A DNA stretch of 64,000 bases, taken from the NCBI RefSeq assembly GCF_000143415.4, contig NW_003314297.1, positions 969,430 to 1,033,429 on the forward strand. Reading direction: 5' to 3'. Position 1 is the first letter of the stretch; each line of letters begins with the position of its first letter. The stretch comes from Selaginella moellendorffii. Lineage: Eukaryota; Plantae; Lycopodiophyta. Shown here in pieces: positions 23,144 to 35,662 of this stretch. The position numbers were made by a program, and so were the translations under genes. The notes below the pieces were generated by a model. It ran no database searches. It saw only the letters and a program-made list of their open reading frames with translations, and was not told the origin of the DNA.

Positions 23144-26100
23144 TCAGCCTCCAAAGCTTTCACCGTACTCGTCCTGCCCGTTTGTGGTGGAGCTCCCATT
23201 GTTGTGGCTGCTGCTTCCACTCTCCTCCGGCCCCGGACAAGCGCTGATGACCGAGGGAGGAGTCCAGTGGTCGGGAACAGTAACGAAGTACGTCGACATG
23301 GCCTTGCGGAAGCGCTTCTTGTACTGCTTGGGGGAGATCACGGTCGGCGGCGCGTTCTTTGGGCCTCCGAGAATGCCCGAAGCCTTGACCCACGTCTCCA
23401 GATGCTTGTCCCATGTGTATTGCCGCATGAAGTCAATAATCCCGAGAACAAGCTCCCCTCGTTCTTCGTCAATCCCAACGAGTAGCGAGTAGTCCATGAC
23501 ATCTATGTTCTACAAAACCAGTATAAAAGTGTGAGCGCGAAGAAGAAGAAAAAAGAGAGAGAGAGAAACCATTGCTTACCGCAAGGAATGAGGTGTCGTT
23601 CCATACCGCTCGCTCCAAAAGCCTCTTGGCTTTATTCCCGACAAAAATGGGTGCCGTTGGCATGGATTCCAACAGGTTCTGGTCCAACAAAACAGCGTTC
23701 TTTGCCGTGGAGTCTGAGTTGTAACGAGAGCGCACTGAGCCTTTCAAATCATATAGCCGAGTAACGTGTCTGCCATAGAGCAGATTCTCCATGACCATCA
23801 AATCCATGCGTACTTCCTTGCCTCCCTTGACTTGCTTTATGATCACCTAGCGTCAAAAGAAACAATGAAACAAGTTTTCAGGTGAATGACAAAAGTACCT
23901 GATACATCCCCAGAATCTTAGCCAGACAGGTCGGGCTGCCAGAGTTTATGGAATCGAAGAGATATTTGAAGTACTCCGGTGCAAACTCCAGGAAAGAGAG
24001 AAGCTCCGTCCTCGTCACTTGCTTCACGATGAATCTGTCGTCCATCGACTTGGCAAAAAAGACGTTGCTCTTTCCACCCTGTGCTCCCCATTTGCGGCAC
24101 CTGCTCAACGACCGCACGAACTCCAAGTCACCAGCGCAGCATTTCTTCCGCAGTGCATCGAAGTGCTTGGCGTAGTAGGCGGTGACGATGTATTTCAGCT
24201 TCGCATCCGGACCTGTCTCAGAGTTCTCGATCTTCAAGTTCACCCCCTTTGTGCTCAATAAAGGATCCTCAACCTTCCCATTTGAAGAAGCGTCTTTGAA
24301 GCTGTTGGACCTCTCCTTCATGACCCCTTCTTCGAGAACTTGTGAGGACGCCTCCTCAGACACCACCGCACTTCCATTCTCTTTTTCTCCACTTTGTCCC
24401 TTCCCTTTCTCTCCACCGAGCTCGGTCACGTAGTATTGCGACAAAAGTGCATGAGCGATGATACTCGTAGGCTCGTCTTCGTAAACCGCATTCACGGTGC
24501 CATTCACACCAGGTGGCCAGAAAAGCCGTGCTCCACCTTGTAAAGCCTGCTGGGATATAAAAGAGGTTGACGGCGACTGACTTGAAGCCCCTCTACCCCT
24601 GTATAACGTCGAGTATGGTCCATCAATCCAGTTGCCGAGCTCGTCAAACTCCTTTTGCCGTGACGCTGTTAACTCTTCATCGGGTTGGCTTGTCGAGCTC
24701 GTAGGTGAGTGCTCCTTCTTACTTCCATTCTCTCCAGTAACTTCTGCCTCGGAGGCTTTGGCGCTTTCATGGTCTTCCGCATTGCATGGAACCTCTGTAG
24801 CTGCTTGTGTCTCGCCACTCCATGCAGCATCTAGCGTATGAGAGATATCGGCGACAACCGGACAACTGCCTTCAGAGAGTGTCCTCCTGAGGTCTACATC
24901 CAAACCAAGTGCCTCTGTAACCCCTTCGGTACCCTCTGGCTCGGCAGGAGCCACAGGCAAACAAGGAATGCCGTCCACCATATCCATGTTGCAAACCATA
25001 TCATGTACCACGACTGTATCGTCTTTGACGGAAGTTGGTTTGTCCGCTTCTTCGTCGTGGACAAGCGAAGCAAATGGTTGCACATTCGTATTTGAGTATG
25101 TCTTCAATATTGGCTTCACAGACGCGTCCTTGCTCGGGACAGGCTGGTCAGGTAGCATCCCCGGATCTGAACCTGCTGACGTATACTTTCGCTGCTGAGA
25201 GGCAGCAAAGTAATGAAGACGTTTATCCCACTCCATGGCCCGGAGTGCAAGGTCCTTTCGCAGACGACAGAGCTCCAGAATGTCTGCGACTGGCTGTCCT
25301 GGATCAGTATGTGATGGAACAGCTTTCAACAGTGTCTTCTGCCAAACGAACCATGTTATGAGCATTGAATTGCCCGACACCCACCCACCTCAAACTCGGC
25401 CTTTTCTTTTTGGAAGAACGCTTCCAAGTACACAGCACGTTTTCTAGCTTCGGCGTTTCTTCCGCTTCCAGAAAAGGAGCCCGAGCTGGCAATATGTTCG
25501 CCAATAACACGTAAATGATCCAGTATTTCCGTGAAAACCAGCTCTCCCTTGTTGGCAATCTTAACGTCATATGTTAAAAGCCAAATCGTCTTTAAACAAC
25601 AATGTACCTCATTAGCTTCGTCCCTGAGCCACTCCTGTTGGCTCGGATCGTTAAACTCCAACTTTGGAGGAGGAAGATGAATTGAATGCAAATGAACAGA
25701 AGCATAGCGAAAGCACGCTATCATATTGCCGAACCTGTATCAAAACAGTCGTTAGATCTACGAGATTTAAAAAGAGAACAAAACCCTCACCCGTAAAATC
25801 GTAAACAATCTCTGTGAAGTTGGTGGCCACATACAGCGACTCTGCTAGCAGCTGCATGATTAGAGAAGCTCAGTTCCAAAAACTTTCCGAATGATAAACC
25901 CCAGGCGGCATCAGACATCACGATTCTACGAGTCACCGGCGGAAGATCGTCAGTCCGAGGACACTTTAAGCACCTATGCCACATCCATATTTTTCCATCT
26001 CTTTCACCAGGTAAAGTATGGTCGTCCATCCGTCGAACTGAGATCGTCAGACTACCCAAGCGATGGGTATAACAGCGAATGTGTGCGTCGGCGGGTTCAT

Positions 26101-28838
26101 CACAATGTTGGCAGCGATTGTTCTGCATTAAAGCAGGATGAGAAGCGAAGAAAAATTGACGATAGCAACTTACGCCGTCGAACAAGGTGTCTCTCAAAAA
26201 TCTTCCCAGTGGCTTGTCCGAGTTTCCGTAATACTTTATCCGAACTATGTTGGGCCGTTCACAAACAGATCCCTTGGTGAGACACCGTGTTGACAGCGAT
26301 ACGAGAATACTTTGGTGGTCGGAGGGCGTTGGAGGGAAATCGTCTTTTCCACTCTGTTCATCTGCGTCTGATCCTTCTCTATCACCTTCTTGCAAAAAAA
26401 ATGACTCCGCATTTTCCTTTGGAGACCTGTCAGCAGATACGTTCCATTGTTCTGCATTGGTTCTCATTGCCTCCTCACCGAAGGCTCTTCTCAGAGAAAC
26501 TGATAACCCGGAAAGACTTTCCCCAGTAAAATCTGATAAACTCGACTGCCAATCCCTTGTAAAGCCATTTAGACCTGCTGAGTGCATCAACGTATTATTC
26601 GTCTCCGCACCTTTGCTGGTGAGTGTAGAAGGAGAAACTGGAGGAACACGTTGACCTTCTGCGGTCGCTACTGAAAAACCGGGGATCGATGTGATCGACC
26701 GGTCGGAGCTGGATTGCTTGCTAGGCAGCGTGACGACTATAGGCGACCTGTGGTCGGGGAGAGAGGCACCTTCGTCAGCAAGAAATGATGTTTCCAAAGC
26801 CAAATGATAGGATGCAAAGACAGAGAGCTGAAGAACACGTTTAATTTTCTTCAGATCGTCTCCATTAGCGCCCCTCAGTAAAGCCTGTCAATGAAACACA
26901 CATTAGATATAAAGCTCAAACCATAGAGAACGCTTACAGTGCATCCGAGAGGTTTTGGACATCCTTCAAAAAACATCAGTGTCTTGGACATTTGCTTGCC
27001 TGCTTGGCCAGCACTACCGAGCTCCTCTACAAACTTCTCAATGTGGAAAAGCTCGCAGTGACCAGCCTTTGGTGCCGCGAGATTATCTGGTGTGGATATG
27101 ATTTGAGCACCAGTACATCTCGCAATCCTCTCCAGAAGAGGACGCTTGACATTCTGCACCAGCGATATTTCTTTCGCCAGTAAACGGTCTTGCGCAAAAC
27201 GAGTTACTCCTTTCTCAACGAGCACGACATTGGGATGCTGAGCCTCGATCCTTGCCGCAGCCATGTTCAGGTAGTCCCTTTCCTATAGCAGAAGGTTAGA
27301 CAATGCCGCACCTAGAGAGGCATACCTGTTGGAGTAGAGTGTCCATCGACGAAAACTGGTTCGAAACTCTCTGATACTCCAGCGCACCACCAATAATAAG
27401 CAGCCTCGGATTCTTAAACCGCGTAATCATCCTCTTATGTGCAAGGTTCTTTTTGCAAACAATACCTTTGATGATCATGCTGCAACAAGGAACATGTTGT
27501 TTCGTCAGCTTTACAGCATGTCAACGTACCTGTCGGACCGCCGACCAGATGCGATGCATTTCACCTTCACGTAGCCTCCCGGATCCATGCTACCTCCCCT
27601 GCTGCTATCTGGTTTGACGATGCTTGCTGCTTGCAAAGCCAATCCAGTGACGATGTCAAGCCAGCTATCCTTCTCATCTTCATCATCGACGGAAATGTTT
27701 TCACCGCGAAGGAGTTGTGCCACCAGAGCTCTGAAGTGACCGTCAACTACGGCTCGCATGGCCTTTCGATGTTCTTCCGAAGCAGCGCGTTCCCGGCTCC
27801 TATACTCAGTGCTGCTCATACTTCCGGACGACCGTGGAAGACCCCAGCCACCTTCATCATCGTCGTCCTCGTCCTCGTATCCAGGTCCCGTTTCGTCCTC
27901 GTCTTCTTCCGGTGGCGGAGGGTACCAGACATGCTTGTTATTCTCAAAGTCCACCGACTTATCGACCTCCCGACACGCGGCCTCGTAGAGATGGTTCCGG
28001 TAATTGTTCTCGTCATCCAAGCTTTCAATATCATCGCACGAACGCCGGAACGACCTCTCGCTGGGCGGCCTGCTCTCGGACGTATCCCCCTTGTCATCGA
28101 AGCTCTCGGAGCTCTGCGAGTAGTAGCTAGCTTGGCTTTTGAGATGCCTATCCAGACCACCGTCTTGATTACCGCGAGATACATGGTTTTGTTGGCGTCC
28201 TTTCCTCCCTTCGTCTTCATCATCGCTCCTGTGAAGGTTTCCAACGTTGGCGAATCGCAAAAAAAAGGAAACTGGGGAAGCGAACAGACTTACCTCATGC
28301 TTAACGACAAATGTTTGCCATACTCTTCTTGCTTTAAGTCATCGCTCTCGTCACCTCGCCTCTCGGAAGAAGCCAACGCCGCTCGAGGGGAAGCCATGGA
28401 CGTGCTACCGCTGGTGTTACTGCTAATCAAACTACTCCTAGACGACGTTGGAGTGAGAGACGGGCTCGTCACCGCCGGCTCCAGAGAAGAAGAATCCCCT
28501 TTGCCCAGCTGCTGCTGCCTAAGCCTGTAGCAAAAATTACACACCCGGATGCGCTCGCAATCCTCCTCCGGCGCCTCTGGAGGCGCGAGATTGATCGACG
28601 AAGCCGAGATGGTATTGAGCGTGCACCTGCCGCAGAAGACTCTCCCGCAAACCCTGCAGTGATGGCGCCGGTTGAAGATCGTAAAATGCGATTCACACTC
28701 ATAGCAGACACGGCAGCTCTGATCGGGCATCCAAAACTCGCGGGACATGCTAGAATCCCCGGCTCCAGCACCGCCGCCCGGAATCCATGCGCTCAGAGCT
28801 CCCACAATCCCATGCAGCACATTTTCGACTGCATCCAT
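23144..28838 (-). CDS. FAB1: FAB1/PIKfyve 1-phosphatidylinositol-3-phosphate 5-kinase (FYVE-containing, FAB1A/B type)
   Basis: FYVE FWMPDQSCRVCYEC..RRHHCRVCGRVFC; TCP1-like MDPGGYVKVKCI; cysteine-rich region WGLSFGKFLELSF; kinase [35 protein letters not shown]. Confidence 0.97.
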
Positions 28839-29910
28839 GGACCGGAATCCTCCCGCTCATGATGATTGCGCGCCTATACCCTAGCTGGAATCACAAGAAT
28901 CCTGCAAGAACACTAGCGCGCTGCTACATAGCCCCGATTCACGACCCCCCGATTTGGCGCCGCCGACGCCGACGCCTCGATTCCTGCGAATTCAGCTCAT
29001 CGGTCGGGCATCGTCGACGAATTGCGAGGAGGCGCGCCTAGAATCCGCCATTCCTTGGTAGAATGCACACCATCCCTAACCCTAAATTTCCCGGAGACGA
29101 CGAGTTCTCTTTTTTTAGGCCATTAGGATCATTAAGCTCAAAGAAATTTCTTTCTTCCTTCATCCGCCGGTCCTGTGACCCTGGAAGAAGAAAAGCAAAA
29201 CAAAAGCGCAAACAAAGAAGACTGTCAGTGCGAGAAGGGAAGGAAGAGAAAGCTATTCACGACTTAAGAACAAACAAGCCAAGGGGCAAAGATCATCTAT
29301 AACCATACCAATCATCTCCGGAATTTCACGAGAGAGAGAGAGAGAGAGAGAGAATGGAATTAGCGAATTTTTTTTCATCGCTTGGTGGCCCACGCTCGTC
29401 CGGGTTTGTGAACTCGAGGAACAAGGAGCACATTTTACGTGTAGATTAAAAAAGAAGAAAAAAACAAAAAGCGGAGATAAAAAAAACTTGGAAAAATCTC
29501 GACAAATCTCAAACTATAACGCTTGCTTACTCGAGGATCAAGCAGCACACGTCTGCCAATGTCCAAGTTCAGTTTCTTTCTTGGCAGCTCAACGGCTGTG
29601 AATAGGGCGGCGGCTGCTCCTCTCACTCCCTTGTTGATAGCGAAAGTTTGAACACAGCGGAAACACGAGCGAGATTATTTTACTCTGCGCTGCATGCACG
29701 GCAATGGCTTCTTGGAATACGCAAGCGAAGGATTGTAGTTCCTTGATCCATGCATCCAGCTTGCTGGGATTCTTCTCGAGATTGCTGCCTTCGATCATTG
29801 ACAGAGATATTTATGCCAAAAAATGAATTAAAAAATAAAAAACACGAAGAGTGTCAAAGTTCGTACTGGGGTTTGCATGGATCAATTGTCGGCGCAAGTA
29901 TAACAGTGAC

Positions 29911-29941
<31 letters not shown>

Positions 29942-30133
29942 AGTGGAATTGCACAACAACGAGGCCCGCCGGTGCCAAGTGGCGCCGGGCAAAGTCAGAT
30001 GCGAGGGTGGACATGCATTGTGATCCAAAGCGCGTGGCGGCTCCTGGATCGGCTTGCCGGACGAGGTTTGATTCCTGCGCCGCATGTTTAGGGATTTAAA
30101 GACGGATTAATACACATTTGTATGCAAGGAGAT

Positions 30134-30162
30134 GAAACCTCCCTTCCTGGAAGGGAGGTTTC
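30134..30162. repeat. Perfect 14+1+14 palindrome
   Basis: GAAACCTCCCTTCC-T-GGAAGGGAGGTTTC. Confidence 0.9.
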
Positions 30163-31008
30163 TGAGGTGACATGGAAAAATTAATGAATGGCGGTTGGAA
30201 GGCCGCTTTTGATGTTTACAACTTGTTTACGACTTTTAAGCTGATCTAAATAATTCAGTCTCGGAAGATAAGGTGTTCCGCCCCATCAACGACAAAATTC
30301 AAGCTAATCAAGTTTATAAACCCACTGCCATTCCTGCTTTTTTCCCTTTAGAAAAACATCTCTGTGCAAATACCTTTTATAGCCTCGAAACCGTATTTTA
30401 TTCAAATCCGAACATTTGGATGGCCCCCCTTGTCAACCTCTCACTATGTTCCTATTTGTTGCGTATTGCAGAGTTGTTTACAACCTACAAAAAGGCTATA
30501 TTCTAAAACAGTGGTGCTAAAAGTTTAATAGGGGGCGGGCTGGAATAGATATAGTCAGCAACATCATCTCCGAACAATGCCTTCAAACGTCCCGTCTGAA
30601 AGCAGTGAAAAGGTCCAGGCTACAGTACGCAATGGACAATGTGGACTCGTCATCCTGTGCAGGCCCGACTACAAGGATGGCGAGAATGTGTTTTGTAGTT
30701 AATCTCAAGATCTTGGGGATCGTACTGACCCACTTTCAAAAGCACGAAGCGGGTGTGATGTGGGGTGGCGAAGTATTATCTTCAAGCACAGGATGCTGAT
30801 TTGGACCAATCAGTCGGGAATGAAAGGTTGCCTCAATCAGTGAGCCATTACCTTCGAAAACCATCTTGCTTGGGAGAGATTGCGATCAAACATCACAAAC
30901 GAGCTATCGTTGAATGACTCTCCATTTGTATGGAAGAGAAAAAGAATCTTGGAAAATGCGAGCAAGCCCTAAACTTTTAGGGTAGGGCAATCTCGTTTGA
31001 ATCCTTGG

Positions 31009-34000
31009 ATGGCGTCGCCGGCGGCGTGGCAACAGCTCCCAGGGCAAGGATCGCCGTCGCAGGGGCACTGGCAAGCAGGCCAAATGCAGCGCGCCGTGTT
31101 TCCAGGCTACCCAGCGCCACCGCTCCAGCCGTATCGAGCGCCAAACCAGCTCAATTCTACTCCTCCGGTAAGCCTCACAGTCTAGAAATTCTCACTGGAA
31201 AGACGCGCGCTCTCGCGCAATCTCTCTCGCAGGGCGCCTCCTCGCCAAACCTTCCTCTCTATCAGCCTCCATCGCCATCTGGGCAAATGGGCTCGAGCCC
31301 CACGAATGCCACGGGCTACGCGCATGTAAGATGGGACGCTAGCGCTCCTCCGCCATCGATATTTGGAGCACGGCCAACGTCGCAGCCAGCGAGCTCTCCT
31401 TTGGTCCAGCCGCCGCCATATCCATCGAACCACCAGTGGATTCTTCCGGGACAACATCCCCAAAGGCCGTTTCTCTATCCACCGACTTTCTCTCTTCCAT
31501 ACCAGAGGCAAGAGCTCCATCCATCGTTCCGGCCAGTGGGCGATCCTTTCCAAGGTGGTGCTGCGTTTGGAGTGTGGGGTGGCAGTGGCATTGATCTTTC
31601 TGGATCAGCAGCACACCATGAACTTCCAGACTTCCATGCTCACAAAATGCCGGCTGCTGCTGCTGCTACTGGCGAAGACAAAAGTCACACTGCTGTGAGT
31701 GATTCTAAATCGGAGAATGCTTTTCCATTTGAAGTGTCTGAGGAAGATGCTTGGGCTGCGCATAAAACAGAAGATGGAGTCATTTACTACTATAATTCTG
31801 TTACAGGGGATTCTACGTATGAGAAACCCGCGGGCTTCAAAGGAGAGGTAACTTGTTTTCTTCTTAGTTGTGTGTACTATGTTTGCTTTTACGTTCAGGC
31901 TGGCAACGTCACGTCCCAGCCAACTCCAGTGTCCTGGTAAGTTCATCATGAGTTGCATTTGGACCGCAATTCTTATGGGAAATGTTTATTATTTTTCACA
32001 GTGAGAAGCTGAGTGGCACGGATTGGTCTCTGGTGACTACAAATGACGGGAAAAAGTATTACTACAATCCTAAAACGCAGGTACTGGGCAATTTTCTTTT
32101 CAGCTTTTGCAAAGTCATGACATCTTTTTCTTTTCCTGTAAGGCAACGAGCTGGCAAATCCCTGCAGAGATTGTCGACAAAGGGAAGAAGGACGCGTCTA
32201 ATGCTCCTGCGGCTTTGACTGGTGGGAGAGAAGCTAAAGGCACATCAAATACGCCGACAGCTCTTGATACAATAAAGAAGAAACTGCAGGAATACTCTGG
32301 CGGAATTGCGACAGTCTCAGAACCAGAGGTCGCGAAAGCCGGGGCAGATGATACGTCGAAGGACAAGTCAAAAGAAAACGCTGAAGCATCTACATCAGAT
32401 TCATCATCAGATAGTGAAGAGGAGGGTCCAACTGTAACAAAGGAAGAACGCGTCCGGCAGTTTAAGGTGCATTAGTGTAGTACTCTTTGCTCTTTTCTGT
32501 TTTTTTTTTTTTCTCTTGTTATTCCTTGTAGCTAATTGTTTCCTGTTGTGTTTTGTAGGAAATGTTGAAAGAGAAAGGGGTCGCACCATTTTCGAAATGG
32601 GAGAAAGAACTGCCTAAGATTCTCTTTGATCCTCGCTTCAAGGTACGCTTGGACCTCGGTCTGCTTTCTGTCTATTTTGGTTCTGTAGGCTATTGCTGGC
32701 CACACTGAAAGGCGTTCAATATTTGAGCATTATGTTCGGACAAGGGCAGAGGAAGAGAGAAAGGAAAAGAGGGCTGCACAAAAGTTGGCTGTTGAAGGTT
32801 TCAAACAACTCCTGGACGAGGCAAACTCATCCAATGTAAGACTCCTTTTGCTTTCTTCGTTATTCTTTTTTTCTAATACCCAGGGATTGTAGGAGTTTTC
32901 TGCTAGCACCACATATGAGAACTTTGCTAGCATTTGGAATCAGGATCCCCGTTTTGAAGCTTTGGATCGCAAAGAAAGGGAGACGCTGCTCAATGAAAGG
33001 TAAACTGAGTACTGCATCAGTAAAGCTTTTGTTGTGTGGATGGTGCAGATGCTAATTTGCACAGTCTTAAGTCTTGATCAGCCAGAGAAAGCCATGGGTT
33101 TTTCCTTATGTAGGTGAAATGTGTTCCACTTGCGATCGGTGACAGCAGGTATACTTTGTTTCTGTAATGGAAATCGAGTGTTTGGCCGAAGCTTCTGCAC
33201 CATCCACCTTTTCAATGATTACATTTCTAACTAGATGTTTCTGCAGGATCTTACCGCTGAAGAAAGCGGAGGAAGAACGTGCTAAAGCGGCCTATGCATC
33301 TGTATCCTCTGAGTTCCAGGCTATGCTGAAAGAGAGAAACGACATAACTTCTACTACTCGCTGGTCGAAGGTATTAATCTTGTATAAAAAGGTGTACGTT
33401 CGCTCAACTTGTTGGTGCAGATCAAAGATCTCGTGAGACATGATCCGCGATGCAAAGCTGTAAAACACGAGGATAGAGAGAACATCTTCAACAGCTACAT
33501 AGCAGAACTAAGGGCTGCTGAACAGGTAGTCGAGAGAGCTGCGAAAGAAAAACGTGATGAAGAGGTTAGCATGCACAGCTCGCAAGTTTTCGTCCTAAGT
33601 CTTGCAAGTTTCAACTGTCAGAACAAACTGCGGGAAAGAGAACGAGTGATGCGAAAGCGAAAGGAAAGAACCGAGCAGGAACTCGACAGAGTTAGAGCCA
33701 AGGCTCGCCGGAAAGATGCAGTGACTGGTTATCAGGCTCTTCTCACGGAGAAAATCAAAGATGCCGAGGTATGCTCTTGAAAATGCCATGCATCTTATAC
33801 TTTGATTGTTTTTGCCAGGCATCGTGGACAGAGAGCAAGTCAAAGCTAGAAAAAGACGCTCTTGGACGCGCTACAAACCCAGAGCTAGATGCTGCGGACC
33901 GGGAGAGATTATTCAGAGATCACGTCAAGGACCTGTACGAGGTAAACACTTTTCTCATACTGTTTCAGCTCATTGACGGTTGTTCTACACAGCGGTGTGA

Positions 34001-34277
34001 GAAGGAATACCGAGCACTCCTGGCAGAGGCTATAACGCTAGACGCGGCCTCGAAGCTGGCGGAAGACGGCAAAGACATCCTGGGCGTGTGGAGCGACGCC
34101 AAAGACATGCTCAACTCGGACCATCGCTACAACAGGATGCCCCGGCGAGCTCGAGAAACGTGGTGGCACCGCCATGCTCAAGAGCTCCAGCGCCGGCTCA
34201 AACCAAACGACAGGGACAAAGAAAAAGACGATCCAAAAGCCAGAGCTTCTGGTTCTTCATCCAAACGACAGAGATAA
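31009..34277 (+). CDS. PRP40C: Pre-mRNA processing protein 40C (2 WW + FF domains)
   Basis: WW domains WAAHKTEDGVIYYYNSVTGDSTYEKP and WSLVTTNDGKKYYYN..TSWQIP; FF domain [30 protein letters not shown] and further FF repeats. Confidence 0.93.
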
Positions 34278-34441
34278 GCTTCTGTCTATTATTCTTTCTT
34301 TTTTCCTTATTTGGTTAAAACTTTCTCTTTGTTTTGGATATAATTGGAAGAAAGACCCAACGTGTACACAATGTATAAATATCGAAAGCCGCGTTGCGTT
34401 CTAAATCTAAAGTTGACGCGAAGTCCTAAGTAAGCTTAAAG

Positions 34442-35371
34442 TTAGCAGGTAACAGCGGTATAGACCATTCGTCCGTCCGCGGCTTGCTGCAAGCAGTAGA
34501 GCTGGTCCCCGATGACAAACATGTTTTGCGGCACTGCTGGAGGAGGTAAAGGATAGTTCGTCGTCTGATCCTGTGCCGATGGCTCCTCGCTTGCAGGATC
34601 GAAGTTCTTCAGGGACGAAAAGTCGAAGAGATCGTCCGGGAAGTTGTCGAGCTCGCTGTTGTTGTTGGAGGTCGGATCCATGGCTGCAAAGTCGTGTTCT
34701 TCGCTGAAGAAGGGTGTGTTGGCGGCGGCGGCGGCGGCGGAGGCGGCGGTGGAGGAGCCATGATCGTCCAAGTTCGTGGGAGGTAGTCCAAAGTTGACGC
34801 TGTTTTGCAAGAGCTGATGGTGGTCGAAGCCCTGGTAGCCGATGAGGTCCTCGTTCGAAGGTGGCGGAAGTGAAACCGAGAGGGGGATCGCTGCCAAGGC
34901 CGGTGGTGCGTCGAGAGCTTCGATCTTCGGGAGTTTGAAGCCTGTCTGTGGAAGCTCCAAGCCTCCTGGAAGCTTGAATTGGAGCTTTGGAGCCTTGAGT
35001 TTGAGCTTTGGAGCCTTTGATGGAACTTTGATGCCTCGATCGAGCTTTGGAACCGCCCTGGACGCGGGCTTGAGAGCTTTGGCTTTGGAGCTTTGGAGAA
35101 GAGTCGAGCCTTCCTTTGGGGAGGAGGAATCCTTGGGCTTGGATTTGGAGTTGATGTGGTACCTGGGATTGGAGACGTAATCGTTGCGCTTCTCGGAGGC
35201 GTAGATGCGAGGCGTCCCTCCTTCTGGCTCCATCTCCAGCATGAGCTCGGCACCGCAAAGGATGTGGATCTCGTCCGCCTTCTTCATCAGGCCGCAAGAG
35301 CGCTTGCGAAAGGTTGCGTTGCGATTGCTCTTGACGGTGAGGTACTTGATCTCGATCTTGCAGCGTCCCAT
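34442..35371 (-). CDS. Type I (M-type) MADS-box transcription factor, intronless
   Basis: MGRCKIEIKYLTVKSNRNATFRKRSCGLMKKADEIHILCGAE; no K domain; acidic C-terminal region. Confidence 0.9.
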   Translation of the reverse strand: MGRCKIEIKYLTVKSNRNATFRKRSCGLMKKADEIHILCGAELMLEMEPEGGTPRIYASEKRNDYVSNPRYHINSKSKPKDSSSPKEGSTLLQSSKAKALKPASRAVPKLDRGIKVPSKAPKLKLKAPKLQFKLPGGLELPQTGFKLPKIEALDAPPALAAIPLSVSLPPPSNEDLIGYQGFDHHQLLQNSVNFGLPPTNLDDHGSSTAASAAAAAANTPFFSEEHDFAAMDPTSNNNSELDNFPDDLFDFSSLKNFDPASEEPSAQDQTTNYPLPPPAVPQNMFVIGDQLYCLQQAADGRMVYTAVTC

Positions 35372-35431
35372 CTCTCCCCCTCCCCCGCCAAAAGCCCTCC
35401 AAAGTTTCCGGAAGAACCCTAAAAGCGAGGT

Positions 35432-35460
35432 CCAAATTTGGTGGCCGCCCGGCCTTTATA
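35432..35460 (-). promoter_or_regulatory. TATA box and perfect CArG box of the MADS gene
   Basis: TATAAAG at 35460-35454; CCAAATTTGG at 35432-35441. Confidence 0.5.
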
Positions 35461-35662
35461 CCGCGATTGTTTAGGGCTTTGGTATTTGCCCGCTTGCCCT
35501 AATTTTGCCCCAGCGTGGAAGAAGCAAAGAAAAAGCGTCGCTCTCTCCGATCGCGGGCAGGGCGTCATCGCGATCCATGTCTGGTTAGAAAATCCGGCAC
35601 ACTCAATGTAGCTGTAGCGTGCATTGCATTTCCAGGGATTGTAACAAGCAAGGAAGGAATCG

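Noticed and set aside
29330-29941. (GA)n and (TG)n(AG)n microsatellites
   Set aside because: Ordinary simple repeats near plant promoters.
30250-30900. Coding-like stretch on the minus strand
   Set aside because: Multiple stops and no recognisable family.
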